A stretch of 56,292 nt of DNA from positions 1-56,292 of IMG/VR virus record IMGVR_UViG_3300037847_000441. One strand, given 5' to 3'. Position 1 is the stretch's first letter. The number at the start of each line of letters is the position of its first letter. The notes under the pieces are model-generated. The model was not told the origin of the DNA. It did no database searches and saw nothing but the letters and a program-made list of their open reading frames with translations. Positions 7,994 to 16,620 of this stretch are shown piece after piece. A program made the position numbers and the translations under genes. Source of the stretch: a virus (lineage: Duplodnaviria > Caudoviricetes).

Positions 7994-8965
7994 CTATGTT
8001 ATATTCGTATATTCACCGTCAGCCTGAGTAACTTTCATTTTCTCAGCGGCATATTGTTCAAGTGGGATACCCCATTTATTAGCAAGTCTTACGTCTTCTT
8101 TCGAAAGCTTAACTTTTTTACTAGAGGTCGGAGATGAGCGTGAACTCCCCGACACCACTTGAGCAGGTTCTTTCGTGTTATCCTGCACACGCTGCGAAGT
8201 TTGACCAAAAGCCGTTTCCAACCGTTTGTCAATTTCTTCATAAAATTCGTCATCATTAGGGTCATATCCCTCATTCTTTAATTCTGCATCTAGTGCTAAT
8301 GCAGCAGCAGTTTTAATTGTATCTTTACCAAACCACTCATTTTCTTCAGCCCACTCTTGAGCTTTTGGATCTACAGCTTGAGTTTGTTGTTGTGGCTGTT
8401 GAACCTGTTGTTGTGGTTGTTCTTGTTCTTTTTGTTTAACTTGTCTTTCTAATCTAGTTTTCCAATTTTGTATTGACTTTAATTCTGATTTAGCTTCTGT
8501 TAAAGCTTCTTGTGCAGCTAAAGCTTTATCTTTATCACCAGAATCAAAAGCTTCAAGATATGCTGCTCTTGCAAGTTCAACTGTTCTTTCTAAATTTTGT
8601 TCATTTGTATTAATACTTGAACTTGTTACTTGTGCTAAATCATTAGATTTAGTTTTTAAACTTTTTTGTAACTCTTCATTTTGTGCTATTAATTTTTGAA
8701 TTTGTTCTTCACGTTCTTTACGTTGTTTTACAAGTTGTCTAATTCTTCTTTCAGCACCTTTAGTTTTAATACCATCTAACTCTTTAGGTTGTTCTTGAAC
8801 TTCTTCTTGAGGTGCAGCTTCAACAACTTCTTCTTTTGGTTGTTCTTCTACAGTTTCAAGAACTTCTTCTTTTTCTTCTTCACCCTCAACTTCAAATTCT
8901 ATTTTATTATCTTCATTTTTTGATGGAACTTCAATAGTGTCCCATCCCTCATTTTGATCACTCAT
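7994..8965 (-). CDS. Putative capsid scaffolding protein
   Basis: Acidic coiled coil, WAEENEWFG, C-terminal LANKWGIPLEQYA; lies between portal and capsid. Confidence 0.75.
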   Translation of the reverse strand: MSDQNEGWDTIEVPSKNEDNKIEFEVEGEEEKEEVLETVEEQPKEEVVEAAPQEEVQEQPKELDGIKTKGAERRIRQLVKQRKEREEQIQKLIAQNEELQKSLKTKSNDLAQVTSSSINTNEQNLERTVELARAAYLEAFDSGDKDKALAAQEALTEAKSELKSIQNWKTRLERQVKQKEQEQPQQQVQQPQQQTQAVDPKAQEWAEENEWFGKDTIKTAAALALDAELKNEGYDPNDDEFYEEIDKRLETAFGQTSQRVQDNTKEPAQVVSGSSRSSPTSSKKVKLSKEDVRLANKWGIPLEQYAAEKMKVTQADGEYTNIT

Positions 8966-9010
8966 TATTTTCTCCGCTAGTCACGACCTAAACGATTACG
9001 TTTTTTTACT

Positions 9011-9039
9011 ATTATATCACAAAAAGTTAAATATCACAA
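9011..9039 (-). promoter_or_regulatory. Sigma70-like promoter for the scaffold/capsid operon
   Basis: TTGTGA-N17-TATAAT with TGn extension. Confidence 0.65.
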
Positions 9040-9040
9040 A

Positions 9041-9469
9041 TCATGCAGACCCTTTTGTTAAATTAAATGTAGGATCAAGATCTTTTGGATCAGGTACTCT
9101 CATACTAATTTGATCATCAAATAAAAGTATTAGACGAACACCTTTGTAAAAAAGCTTTGTTCCAGTATGTTTTCCATAGCATACATAGTCTCCTACATTA
9201 CACCATGCTCCATTTGGAAACTTATCTTTTTCACAATATGCTAGATCTCCCATTGCAAGAACCTGACCAACTGTGGTAAGATATGACATGTCTTCCCTTG
9301 TTGAGTCAGGAATAAAGATACCACCTTTAGTTTTACTTTTTACTGATACTGGACGAACTAGGACATGATATCCCGGTAAATCAGGTAGTGGTGATGGATC
9401 AGGTTTTTCTTCTGGATCAGTAATCCATAAATCATTTTTTAATGCCCCGCCCATTTGTACTTGTTGCAT
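9041..9469 (-). CDS. groES: GroES-like co-chaperonin
   Basis: VLVRPV...KTKGGIFIP mobile loop, GQVLAMG, VGDYVCY; start at 9469 or 9481. Confidence 0.85.
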   Translation of the reverse strand: MQQVQMGGALKNDLWITDPEEKPDPSPLPDLPGYHVLVRPVSVKSKTKGGIFIPDSTREDMSYLTTVGQVLAMGDLAYCEKDKFPNGAWCNVGDYVCYGKHTGTKLFYKGVRLILLFDDQISMRVPDPKDLDPTFNLTKGSA

Positions 9470-9470
9470 G

Positions 9471-9665
9471 TTATTCGTCATCCTCCATGTGTAGACGTTT
9501 TTTGTAAATTGAAGTTAAGTTATCTCTGGCCCATTGTATACCAACAATAGAACCAACTATTTGTCTATAGTGTGAATAATCTTCAGCCATACCTTCACCA
9601 AGATTATTTTTTAGTTTGTCTATTTCTTCATTAAACTCTAAAACAATTTCATTCCATATTTCCAT
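9471..9665 (-). CDS. Conserved small head-cluster protein
   Basis: 64 aa; DYSHYRQIVGSIVG motif typical of the gene before phage groES. Confidence 0.7.
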   Translation of the reverse strand: MEIWNEIVLEFNEEIDKLKNNLGEGMAEDYSHYRQIVGSIVGIQWARDNLTSIYKKRLHMEDDE

Positions 9666-9667
9666 TA

Positions 9668-9832
9668 TTATTTAAGTGTTCCTTTCTCCTCACCTTTCCA
9701 AGAATAATCATCCCATTTATTAAGTGCTGAACGAATATTACGTCCACCAGTTACGTCTTGAGCATATGCGTCACCAAAAGTTGTATCAGTTTCTTTTACA
9801 TTCTCAAGATATCCTTTACCTTTCTGCATCAT
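9668..9832 (-). CDS. 54-aa hypothetical protein (MMQKGKGYLENV...)
   Basis: Translated manually; GGAG RBS; overlaps the portal stop. Confidence 0.6.
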   Translation of the reverse strand: MMQKGKGYLENVKETDTTFGDAYAQDVTGGRNIRSALNKWDDYSWKGEEKGTLK

Positions 9833-12371
9833 TTCTCATCTCCGTTATTTGTTGATTCGCTACTTTTAACATATTTTCAATGGCTGTTTGATCTATTTCT
9901 TTTTGATCTTCCATTTGTTTCTTTAACATATCTGACATATATTTAGCTAATTCTTTTCTTTGATCAAGTTCTAGTTTACTTTCTTCTATTTGTATTTTAG
10001 CTTGTATCTCTGCTTCTTTAATAGCTTCTTTAGACTCACGATTAAGTTGAGCCTGTTCTTCTTTCATTTTACTTTGACCTGTAACTTTTAACATATCTAT
10101 AATTTGAGCAGTCTCTTTTATTTCAAGCTCTTTATTTTTGAGTTCTAACTCTGCTGCATCACTGGCCGTATCAGATTGTAGCTTTTGTTTTTCAAGTTCT
10201 ACTTTTGCTTGTTCAAGTGCTACAAGTTGTTGTTCTGGAGATTGAGCCATACCCATTGCTTGATTTGCACTAAGAACTTGTTGTGCAGCTTGAGCCATTA
10301 CCATTTCTATTACAGATGGATTCTGTGCTTGCTCTGGTGGAACTTGCTGCATTAATTGTTGTGTTACACCACTTACTTGCTCTTGATATTTCATAATAGA
10401 ATGTTCTTGAATATTAGCTTGTAAGATTGGAGCAATACGTTCCATTATTGGATTAGCACCATTTTGTGGATCTTGTAAATATGCCATCTTTGTTTGAATA
10501 TGTGCATCATGATTCTGACCCGGAAAAGCTGCAATAGGAACACCCTTAGTTGCTGCCATAATATCAGATACAGGATCAAGTTGTTGAGGCTCAATCTTTG
10601 GTGGAAGTATCTGATCTATATTAGGCATATTAGCTGCATTTAATATTGTACGATTAAGTGCTTCAAGATTAAACATCCCCGGTGGAGATTGTTGTGCCAT
10701 CTGTAATGCCATATTAGCCATCATCATGCGGTGAGCATTAGATGGAATATTAGGATCAGACACAGGAAGAATATCTATACGACCATCAAAGTCTCTCTTA
10801 AATATATTACGAGATTCGTATGGTACATCATATGGATATTGTGTAGGTAGATAATCAAAATCAATACGTGCTAATATTCTAAATTCATCTTTTTGTGCTT
10901 TGTGTAATCTTTTATGAACCGCACTAAAGAATTTACTTGATGCTTCTAATAGTGCCATAGTTGTACCAACGGGTCCATAGGAGGCAGCATCAGAGATAAC
11001 TTGCTCTGTGCTATCCGCAAACTTCTGACCAGCAGCAGTTACGAAATTTAACATCTGGAATAGAGTAGAGGAAGGCTCTTTGTAGGGGAGAGGAACAATA
11101 GCCTTTGATAAGTCTACACCAGTTGCTTCAACCTCCTTGAACTCGCCGGGTGATATAGGATCATTGTCACCAACCATCCTTACACCTTTGGCCTTAAACC
11201 CTCCCGGTAAATTAGCAAACTGACCTGCGTCTATGAGGGACCGCATTGCAGCAGTTGCTGACATCGTGAGATTGCCTAAGAAGTGTATAAGACCAAATCC
11301 ATAGAAACCAAAGCCGGGTACAAACCTATAGTGGACAAAATGATTTATCTTCTCTTTGTTTGCATCGTTTTCCTTATAGTTTCTACGAATACTTAGTACT
11401 TGTCGAGAATCTTTCTCAACAGTTATGATATAGGGAAGAAGTTCTCCTTCTTCTTCTATATCTAAATAGCAATGTTGCTCTAATAAAACATATTGTGGAT
11501 CATTATCTGAAGAGGGAGACAAACCAATAATAGTATCTATCTTTTCTCCAAAATCAGTTATGGCTCCCATAGAAGGTTCTGGTAGATCAACATCTTCATA
11601 AACACCAGCCCTAATGTCTCTTTGTATTTCTACAGGGCTACGATAAATTAAATGCGTATATCTATCTGCGTTACCAAGGTCAGTGGCATAGTAAGACACA
11701 TAGAACTGATCTATAGGTATAAACTCTGACTTAGGACGTTTAACTGTAGCATCGTAATACATCTTTTTAAATGCAGAACCAATCAAAGGAAGATGGAACA
11801 ACATTCTTTCAAACTCATCAAAATACTCTGGCATCTGCTCAGTAAGTTGATAGTTCATAAAGTTTTGAACACGATTAGCTTGTAGTTCTTTTTCTTGTGT
11901 AGCTTGTCCTATAATCTGTGTTTTAACAGGGCCGCTTGAAGGAAACAATTCATTAGAAGCTTTTGATTGAAATTTAACAGCAGACTCAATAAGTAATGGA
12001 TGAACTGCTGTACACGCACCTTCAAATGGTTCTGATCCATGTTCTAGTTTAAGACCAAGAAGATCAAAGCCTTTTTCAAACATAGACTCCCACTCTTGTC
12101 TAGAGTCTTTATCTGCTTCAAAATTTTCAATAACAGTATTAGCTATGTCAGCTAGATCTTCATCATCTAACTCTTCTACCATATTGCCAAACCATTCAGC
12201 AACAGAGCCTGTAGCTTCCATTTCTGTATTTTCAGTAAAGTCTACAATAACACCACCATCATCGTCTACTTCAAAAGTAGCGTTTAGATTATCTTCCATC
12301 ATAGCTTCAGGAGCTATTTTAATATTTTCTTCTTGAGGTATCTGCTCAAGTGGATTTTGTTCTACAGCCAT
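9816..12371 (-). CDS. Portal protein
   Basis: 851 aa; GACTAVHPLLIES, PGFGFYGFGLIH, LPYKEPS; long Gln-rich coiled-coil C-terminus as in podoviral portals. Confidence 0.85.
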   Translation of the reverse strand: MAVEQNPLEQIPQEENIKIAPEAMMEDNLNATFEVDDDGGVIVDFTENTEMEATGSVAEWFGNMVEELDDEDLADIANTVIENFEADKDSRQEWESMFEKGFDLLGLKLEHGSEPFEGACTAVHPLLIESAVKFQSKASNELFPSSGPVKTQIIGQATQEKELQANRVQNFMNYQLTEQMPEYFDEFERMLFHLPLIGSAFKKMYYDATVKRPKSEFIPIDQFYVSYYATDLGNADRYTHLIYRSPVEIQRDIRAGVYEDVDLPEPSMGAITDFGEKIDTIIGLSPSSDNDPQYVLLEQHCYLDIEEEGELLPYIITVEKDSRQVLSIRRNYKENDANKEKINHFVHYRFVPGFGFYGFGLIHFLGNLTMSATAAMRSLIDAGQFANLPGGFKAKGVRMVGDNDPISPGEFKEVEATGVDLSKAIVPLPYKEPSSTLFQMLNFVTAAGQKFADSTEQVISDAASYGPVGTTMALLEASSKFFSAVHKRLHKAQKDEFRILARIDFDYLPTQYPYDVPYESRNIFKRDFDGRIDILPVSDPNIPSNAHRMMMANMALQMAQQSPPGMFNLEALNRTILNAANMPNIDQILPPKIEPQQLDPVSDIMAATKGVPIAAFPGQNHDAHIQTKMAYLQDPQNGANPIMERIAPILQANIQEHSIMKYQEQVSGVTQQLMQQVPPEQAQNPSVIEMVMAQAAQQVLSANQAMGMAQSPEQQLVALEQAKVELEKQKLQSDTASDAAELELKNKELEIKETAQIIDMLKVTGQSKMKEEQAQLNRESKEAIKEAEIQAKIQIEESKLELDQRKELAKYMSDMLKKQMEDQKEIDQTAIENMLKVANQQITEMRNDAER

Positions 12372-12388
12372 ATTTTATTTAATCCTTA

Positions 12389-14269
12389 TTAACTTTCAAA
12401 ATTAGAACCCATTCCAAAATAATCATCTAATGCCACAGCTAATGCTTGATTATATGATATATTAGCTACTTTACTTAAATCTTCTGCTTTAGCTTCAACT
12501 TCATTTCTATCTTGAAAACTTAATTTATCTAACTCACTTTTATTTAAGGCTTCTAAATCTTGTCCTGTAATACTTGTTGGATCAGGAGACTGACCTTTAA
12601 TTGTTTCTGCTTGACTAAAACCAAGAGCACTTTTAATATTATCTAAAGCATTTGGAAATGGAACATCAAATCCAAATTCTTGCATAGCTCTAGCACCCAC
12701 AGAATATTTATCTTTTGGATCTCCAAATAATCCACTTGTAAGTAATGCAGTAGGGGTCACTGCATACATTCCCTTACCAAAATCTTCAGCAAGATCTAAC
12801 CCTGCTCCAAAAGCTTCAGCTATTTGTGATAAAGCATAATCAGCCGCATCTGGTCCACTAAAACCTAGTGTTGAACTTTCAGGTTTACCAGTAGGATCAT
12901 CAGGATCTATTTGAAAATCTATTCCTACATCAACATCTAATCCTTTTTCAAAAACATCTATTCGAGCGTCTATTACATTTTTTACATCTATTGGATCTGG
13001 ATCAATACCAGTTTTTGCTTTAATTTCTTCTGCTACTGTCTGTTCATAAGTTTTTGGATCTGGTTCTGGATCTGGAACAAAAGAGGTAGGATCAGTAATT
13101 TCTTCAAATTTTTGTAAATTAAACTCTTCACGAAAATCAGCTATTTCGGCTTGTCTTTTTTCTCTTTCTTGTTTCTCTTGTTCGTCTTTTATTTCTTGAT
13201 TAATTTTATCTATTTGTGCTTGTATATTATCTTCATCTGTTTCTGAAGGACCATTACCTCCTGACTTGTCATCTGTACCAAAGTCATCATCTTTATAGTC
13301 TTCATCATACATATCTTGTTGTTGTTGTTGTCTGTCTGATTCAGACTCACTTTCAGAACTACTGCTACTACTACTACTATTGCTACTATTACCACCAGCT
13401 TGTCTAGCAACAATAGGTAGTCCAACCAAACCACCTTGAGAAGAATATACTATAGGAAAAGGTTCGGGTTTAGGTGGATCAGGTTCGGGTTTAGGTGGAT
13501 CAGGTTCTGGAGTTAGAAGTTCTTCAAGAGGAGTATATTCTAAATCTCGATCAGGATCTATAGGATTAAATCGTGATTGAAGTCTTTCTCTTGGTAAAAA
13601 ATCTTCATCAAATATTGGAGCTACATATCCCGAACCTACATCTCTAATCGGTTCAAACTCTAAACTTTTTCTACCGCCTATAGGAGTAAAATCTTCTCCA
13701 TAGTCTACTTCTTCTATATTAGCTTTAAATGCAAGTTCACGTTCTTCTTCACTAACTTCTTCACCAAGAAAATCTTTTAAATTAACAAAGTCTTTTCTAG
13801 CTTGTGCTTTAAAATTTTCTAATCTTTGTTCTTCTGCTAATGTGGGATCATCTCTTACATCAGGAGCACCAAAACCCTTACCTTCTTTGGCTAACTCTAA
13901 TTGTTTTTTTAAATCATTTAAACTTTGAATAGGTAAGTCAACAAGTTCTGGTCTTTGTACAAGACGAATAGCACTTGTATTAAAATCTGTTATTGGTCCT
14001 TCTTTAAAAGCAGGATCATCATAATCAACTACATAGCTAAAATCTGAGTACTCAGGATCATACTGAGCAAATTGATATCTATTTAAAAGATCAGTAATTA
14101 AAGGATCATCTTTATATTCTTTAAAAAATTCTGATGCTTCAGGACCACCTAATTTAAGATAGTCTTCTTCAGTAAGCATATCAGGACCAAATGCTTGAAG
14201 ACCTGTAGAAGCATACCTTCGTAAGTCAACGCCACGAGTACCCGGTCTTTTTCTAAAAGTAGCTGACAT
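12389..14269 (-). CDS. 626-aa highly acidic low-complexity protein
   Basis: Long ORF; D/E-rich; Pro, Ser and Gln tracts. Confidence 0.8.
   Translation of the reverse strand: MSATFRKRPGTRGVDLRRYASTGLQAFGPDMLTEEDYLKLGGPEASEFFKEYKDDPLITDLLNRYQFAQYDPEYSDFSYVVDYDDPAFKEGPITDFNTSAIRLVQRPELVDLPIQSLNDLKKQLELAKEGKGFGAPDVRDDPTLAEEQRLENFKAQARKDFVNLKDFLGEEVSEEERELAFKANIEEVDYGEDFTPIGGRKSLEFEPIRDVGSGYVAPIFDEDFLPRERLQSRFNPIDPDRDLEYTPLEELLTPEPDPPKPEPDPPKPEPFPIVYSSQGGLVGLPIVARQAGGNSSNSSSSSSSSESESESDRQQQQQDMYDEDYKDDDFGTDDKSGGNGPSETDEDNIQAQIDKINQEIKDEQEKQEREKRQAEIADFREEFNLQKFEEITDPTSFVPDPEPDPKTYEQTVAEEIKAKTGIDPDPIDVKNVIDARIDVFEKGLDVDVGIDFQIDPDDPTGKPESSTLGFSGPDAADYALSQIAEAFGAGLDLAEDFGKGMYAVTPTALLTSGLFGDPKDKYSVGARAMQEFGFDVPFPNALDNIKSALGFSQAETIKGQSPDPTSITGQDLEALNKSELDKLSFQDRNEVEAKAEDLSKVANISYNQALAVALDDYFGMGSNFES
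13461..13507. repeat. Exact 21-bp tandem duplication (PEPDPPK)
   Basis: ggttcgggtttaggtggatca twice, plus ggttc. Confidence 0.9.
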
Positions 14270-14296
14270 GATTTCCCCTAAACTTTAATATACTAT

Positions 14297-14325
14297 AGTA
14301 TATCATACTTTTTTAATATTCGCAA
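14297..14325 (-). promoter_or_regulatory. Sigma70-like promoter upstream of the acidic protein and portal
   Basis: TTGCGA-N17-TATACT with TGn extension. Confidence 0.65.
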
Positions 14326-14326
14326 A

Positions 14327-15865
14327 TTATATATTCCAATAAGTTGCTCTTTTACTTCTTTCACCATCTTCATACTCAGGATCATCAGGATGTGTAAGAT
14401 GCCACGAGTCTTTCATATAATGCACAGCCATTGTCAAAGCATCTACCTGATCATCATGGGCCGCATTTGGAAAACGTATGAGTTCTTCTATTAGATCGTC
14501 TGCCCACTTTTTATTTGTAGGTATCCATACTCTACCTGATTCCATCATGGGTGTAGATGCGTATACCCTTGCAGTCTTGTCTCTATCAGGCATATATTCT
14601 AAAATAGGTAGACCAGCCCTACGCATATCTTGTATTAAAGACTGACCAGATGCTTTCTTTTCTATCATGCAGACATCAGGCTTATGTTGATTATATAATC
14701 TTTGTGCTAACTTTCTTAACTCTGGATATTCAAATCTACCTTTAATATTACCAAGAAGTATTAGGTGAGGAGCATAATCTTCATATCCTTGATCATCTTG
14801 ATTATACATATAGAAGATACCCCATGTTTGTATTACACTATAATCAGCAGTGCTTGATGTAGAGAACGCTGTATCATAAGTTTGTATTACAAAGTCACAG
14901 GTAGGTGGCTCATCATACTCCCAGTTTTGAAGCCATCGTTTTTTTATGAGGCCACCTTCTTCAGGTGTAGGGTCTTGCATGTAGAGAGCATTCCAATAAC
15001 GAGAACCATTAGAAGCTTTGATTTCATTCTCATCTACTTTTAGTACACTATCTGGTTTCCATTCTGGAAAATAACTAGATCCTACCGGAAGATCTAACAG
15101 ATCTGCTGCTTCTTCATCTAACCACGCTGGTATCTTTACAACTTCCCACGGTATCGTTTCATAGTCACCCATATTCTCTTGTTGTTTTAAGAGCCAGCCA
15201 CAAAGATCATCATAATGATATCTTGTATTTATTATAACAATAGAACCATTAGGCATAATACGTGTTCTAAGTCCAGCAGGATACCATTCTTTTATAAATC
15301 TTCTACCTGCACTAGAAATTGCATCTTCCTCTGACATAGCATCGTCTAAGATTGCTACATGTGCGCCTCGTCCAGCTATCTGTGAACGTACACCAGCAGC
15401 ATAATACGTACCATTTTGGTTTGTCTTCCACTTTCCTGCGGCTCTAACGTCACTTCGTAAAGACACACCACGAAATACTTTTTGAAACTCCTCTGTGTTT
15501 ACTATATCACGTACTGATCTGCCAAAGTCACTGGCTAGTTGGTCACTATGTGAGATAGTTAGGAGTTCATGCTCTGGGTTTCTACCTATATACCATGCGG
15601 GAAACAGTTTAGAGCAGACAACAGACTTAGAAGATCGTGGAGGCAGAAAGACCATGAGTCTTTTTATTTCTCCTGACTCTACTTGTTGTAGTTTTTCTGA
15701 GATAACTTCTATGTGTCGCCCCATTTTGAAGCCAGACACAAGACTAGGTGCTACTAATCTTACAAAAGACAAGAAGTCAGTGTTACATTGTTGATTAACT
15801 TGCTGAGACAACAGCCCTTCAAGCTGTATATAGGACTCTATATAGTTACTATTTAGTTGTTCCAT
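14327..15865 (-). CDS. terL: Terminase large subunit
   Basis: Walker A-like LPPRSSKS, Walker B AILDD, coupling motif NTRYH, nuclease motifs YDTA and HDDQVDA. Confidence 0.93.
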   Translation of the reverse strand: MEQLNSNYIESYIQLEGLLSQQVNQQCNTDFLSFVRLVAPSLVSGFKMGRHIEVISEKLQQVESGEIKRLMVFLPPRSSKSVVCSKLFPAWYIGRNPEHELLTISHSDQLASDFGRSVRDIVNTEEFQKVFRGVSLRSDVRAAGKWKTNQNGTYYAAGVRSQIAGRGAHVAILDDAMSEEDAISSAGRRFIKEWYPAGLRTRIMPNGSIVIINTRYHYDDLCGWLLKQQENMGDYETIPWEVVKIPAWLDEEAADLLDLPVGSSYFPEWKPDSVLKVDENEIKASNGSRYWNALYMQDPTPEEGGLIKKRWLQNWEYDEPPTCDFVIQTYDTAFSTSSTADYSVIQTWGIFYMYNQDDQGYEDYAPHLILLGNIKGRFEYPELRKLAQRLYNQHKPDVCMIEKKASGQSLIQDMRRAGLPILEYMPDRDKTARVYASTPMMESGRVWIPTNKKWADDLIEELIRFPNAAHDDQVDALTMAVHYMKDSWHLTHPDDPEYEDGERSKRATYWNI

Positions 15866-15953
15866 AGTAATATTTTATATTATTAATATTAAAATTATAA
15901 AAAAAATATATCTTAGTAGTTAATTAGCTACTAATTAGTTACTCTATAGGTAT

Positions 15954-15982
15954 ATTATACAGTATTATATAGCTATCCACAA
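15954..15982 (-). promoter_or_regulatory. Sigma70-like promoter for terL
   Basis: TTGTGG-N17-TATAAT. Confidence 0.55.
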
Positions 15983-16154
15983 TAGTAATATAAAAAAATA
16001 TCTAATTAATAACTAATTAGTACCGCACTGTGACATTTTTACAACACTTATAGATATCTTTTTTGATTATAGACCCTAGTATTTTGCTAAATATATGTGG
16101 GGGTCATATATATATAGCGTATGCAATGCATTTTTTTTGTGCAGGGTCTGCAAT

Positions 16155-16307
16155 GTTCTTGTTTTGTTCCTGTTTTGTTCCATAAAAGATACCTTTTGGC
16201 GAACAAATAGAGAACAAATGAGGAACTAGCTAGTATTTTCGTCCTCTAAGAGAACAGAATGGCAACATTATTGCCCAAACCCCCAGAAAATAGAACAAAA
16301 TGAGAAC
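16155..16307. promoter_or_regulatory. Cluster of alphaproteobacterial LexA (SOS) boxes
   Basis: GTTC at 16155/16166/16177; GAAC at 16201/16212/16223 and 16293/16304; all exactly N7 apart. Confidence 0.8.
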
Positions 16308-16351
16308 AACACCCCACCATGTAGGATGACACATTATAATATATAGGACGA

Positions 16352-16461
16352 TTGTAATATTATTTCAATGATGATACTAAAACCTTTACGAATATTACTC
16401 TGAGCCAGAAACTTGTAATATTATTTCAAGAATAGTATTAAAATCTTTTTAAATGTTACCC
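16352..16461. repeat. Two ~49-bp direct repeats at 61-bp spacing with identical core TTGTAATATTATTTCAA
   Basis: Copies start at 16352 and 16413. Confidence 0.85.
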
Positions 16462-16584
16462 AAATCGAACTAATTTTTTTCATTTATTGTTATTTGCACC
16501 ATTAGGCTTGATATCTGGAACTCTATGGATTAATTCTACAGTACCGGAAATAAGTTCTGGTAGTGTTGCAAAAATGTCACACTT

Positions 16585-16605
16585 TAATTTACACTGTAAA
16601 CCATA
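16585..16605. promoter_or_regulatory. Palindromic operator copy 1 (TTTACA-S-TGTAAA)
   Basis: Exact 21-bp reverse complement of 17521-17541. Confidence 0.8.
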
Positions 16606-16620
16606 GAGGGGATTGCAAAA

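Larger units (their letters stand above)
15866..16620. promoter_or_regulatory. Divergent non-coding control region; likely contains the physical genome ends
   Basis: Only long ORF-free interval; strand switch; dense repeats. Confidence 0.8.

Noticed and set aside
13210-13434. Alternative-frame ORFs with poly-Val, poly-Tyr or poly-Asn
   Set aside because: By-products of the trinucleotide tracts in the 626-aa gene
15973-15981. DnaA-box-like CTATCCACA
   Set aside because: Single copy, one mismatch, and explained by the -35 of the predicted terL promoter
16106-16116. (AT)n run next to GGGGG as the exact genome terminus
   Set aside because: Suggestive only; ends cannot be placed without read data
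16155-16461. Repeats as a mini CRISPR array
   Set aside because: Units are too short or only two copies, with no unique regular spacers and no cas operon
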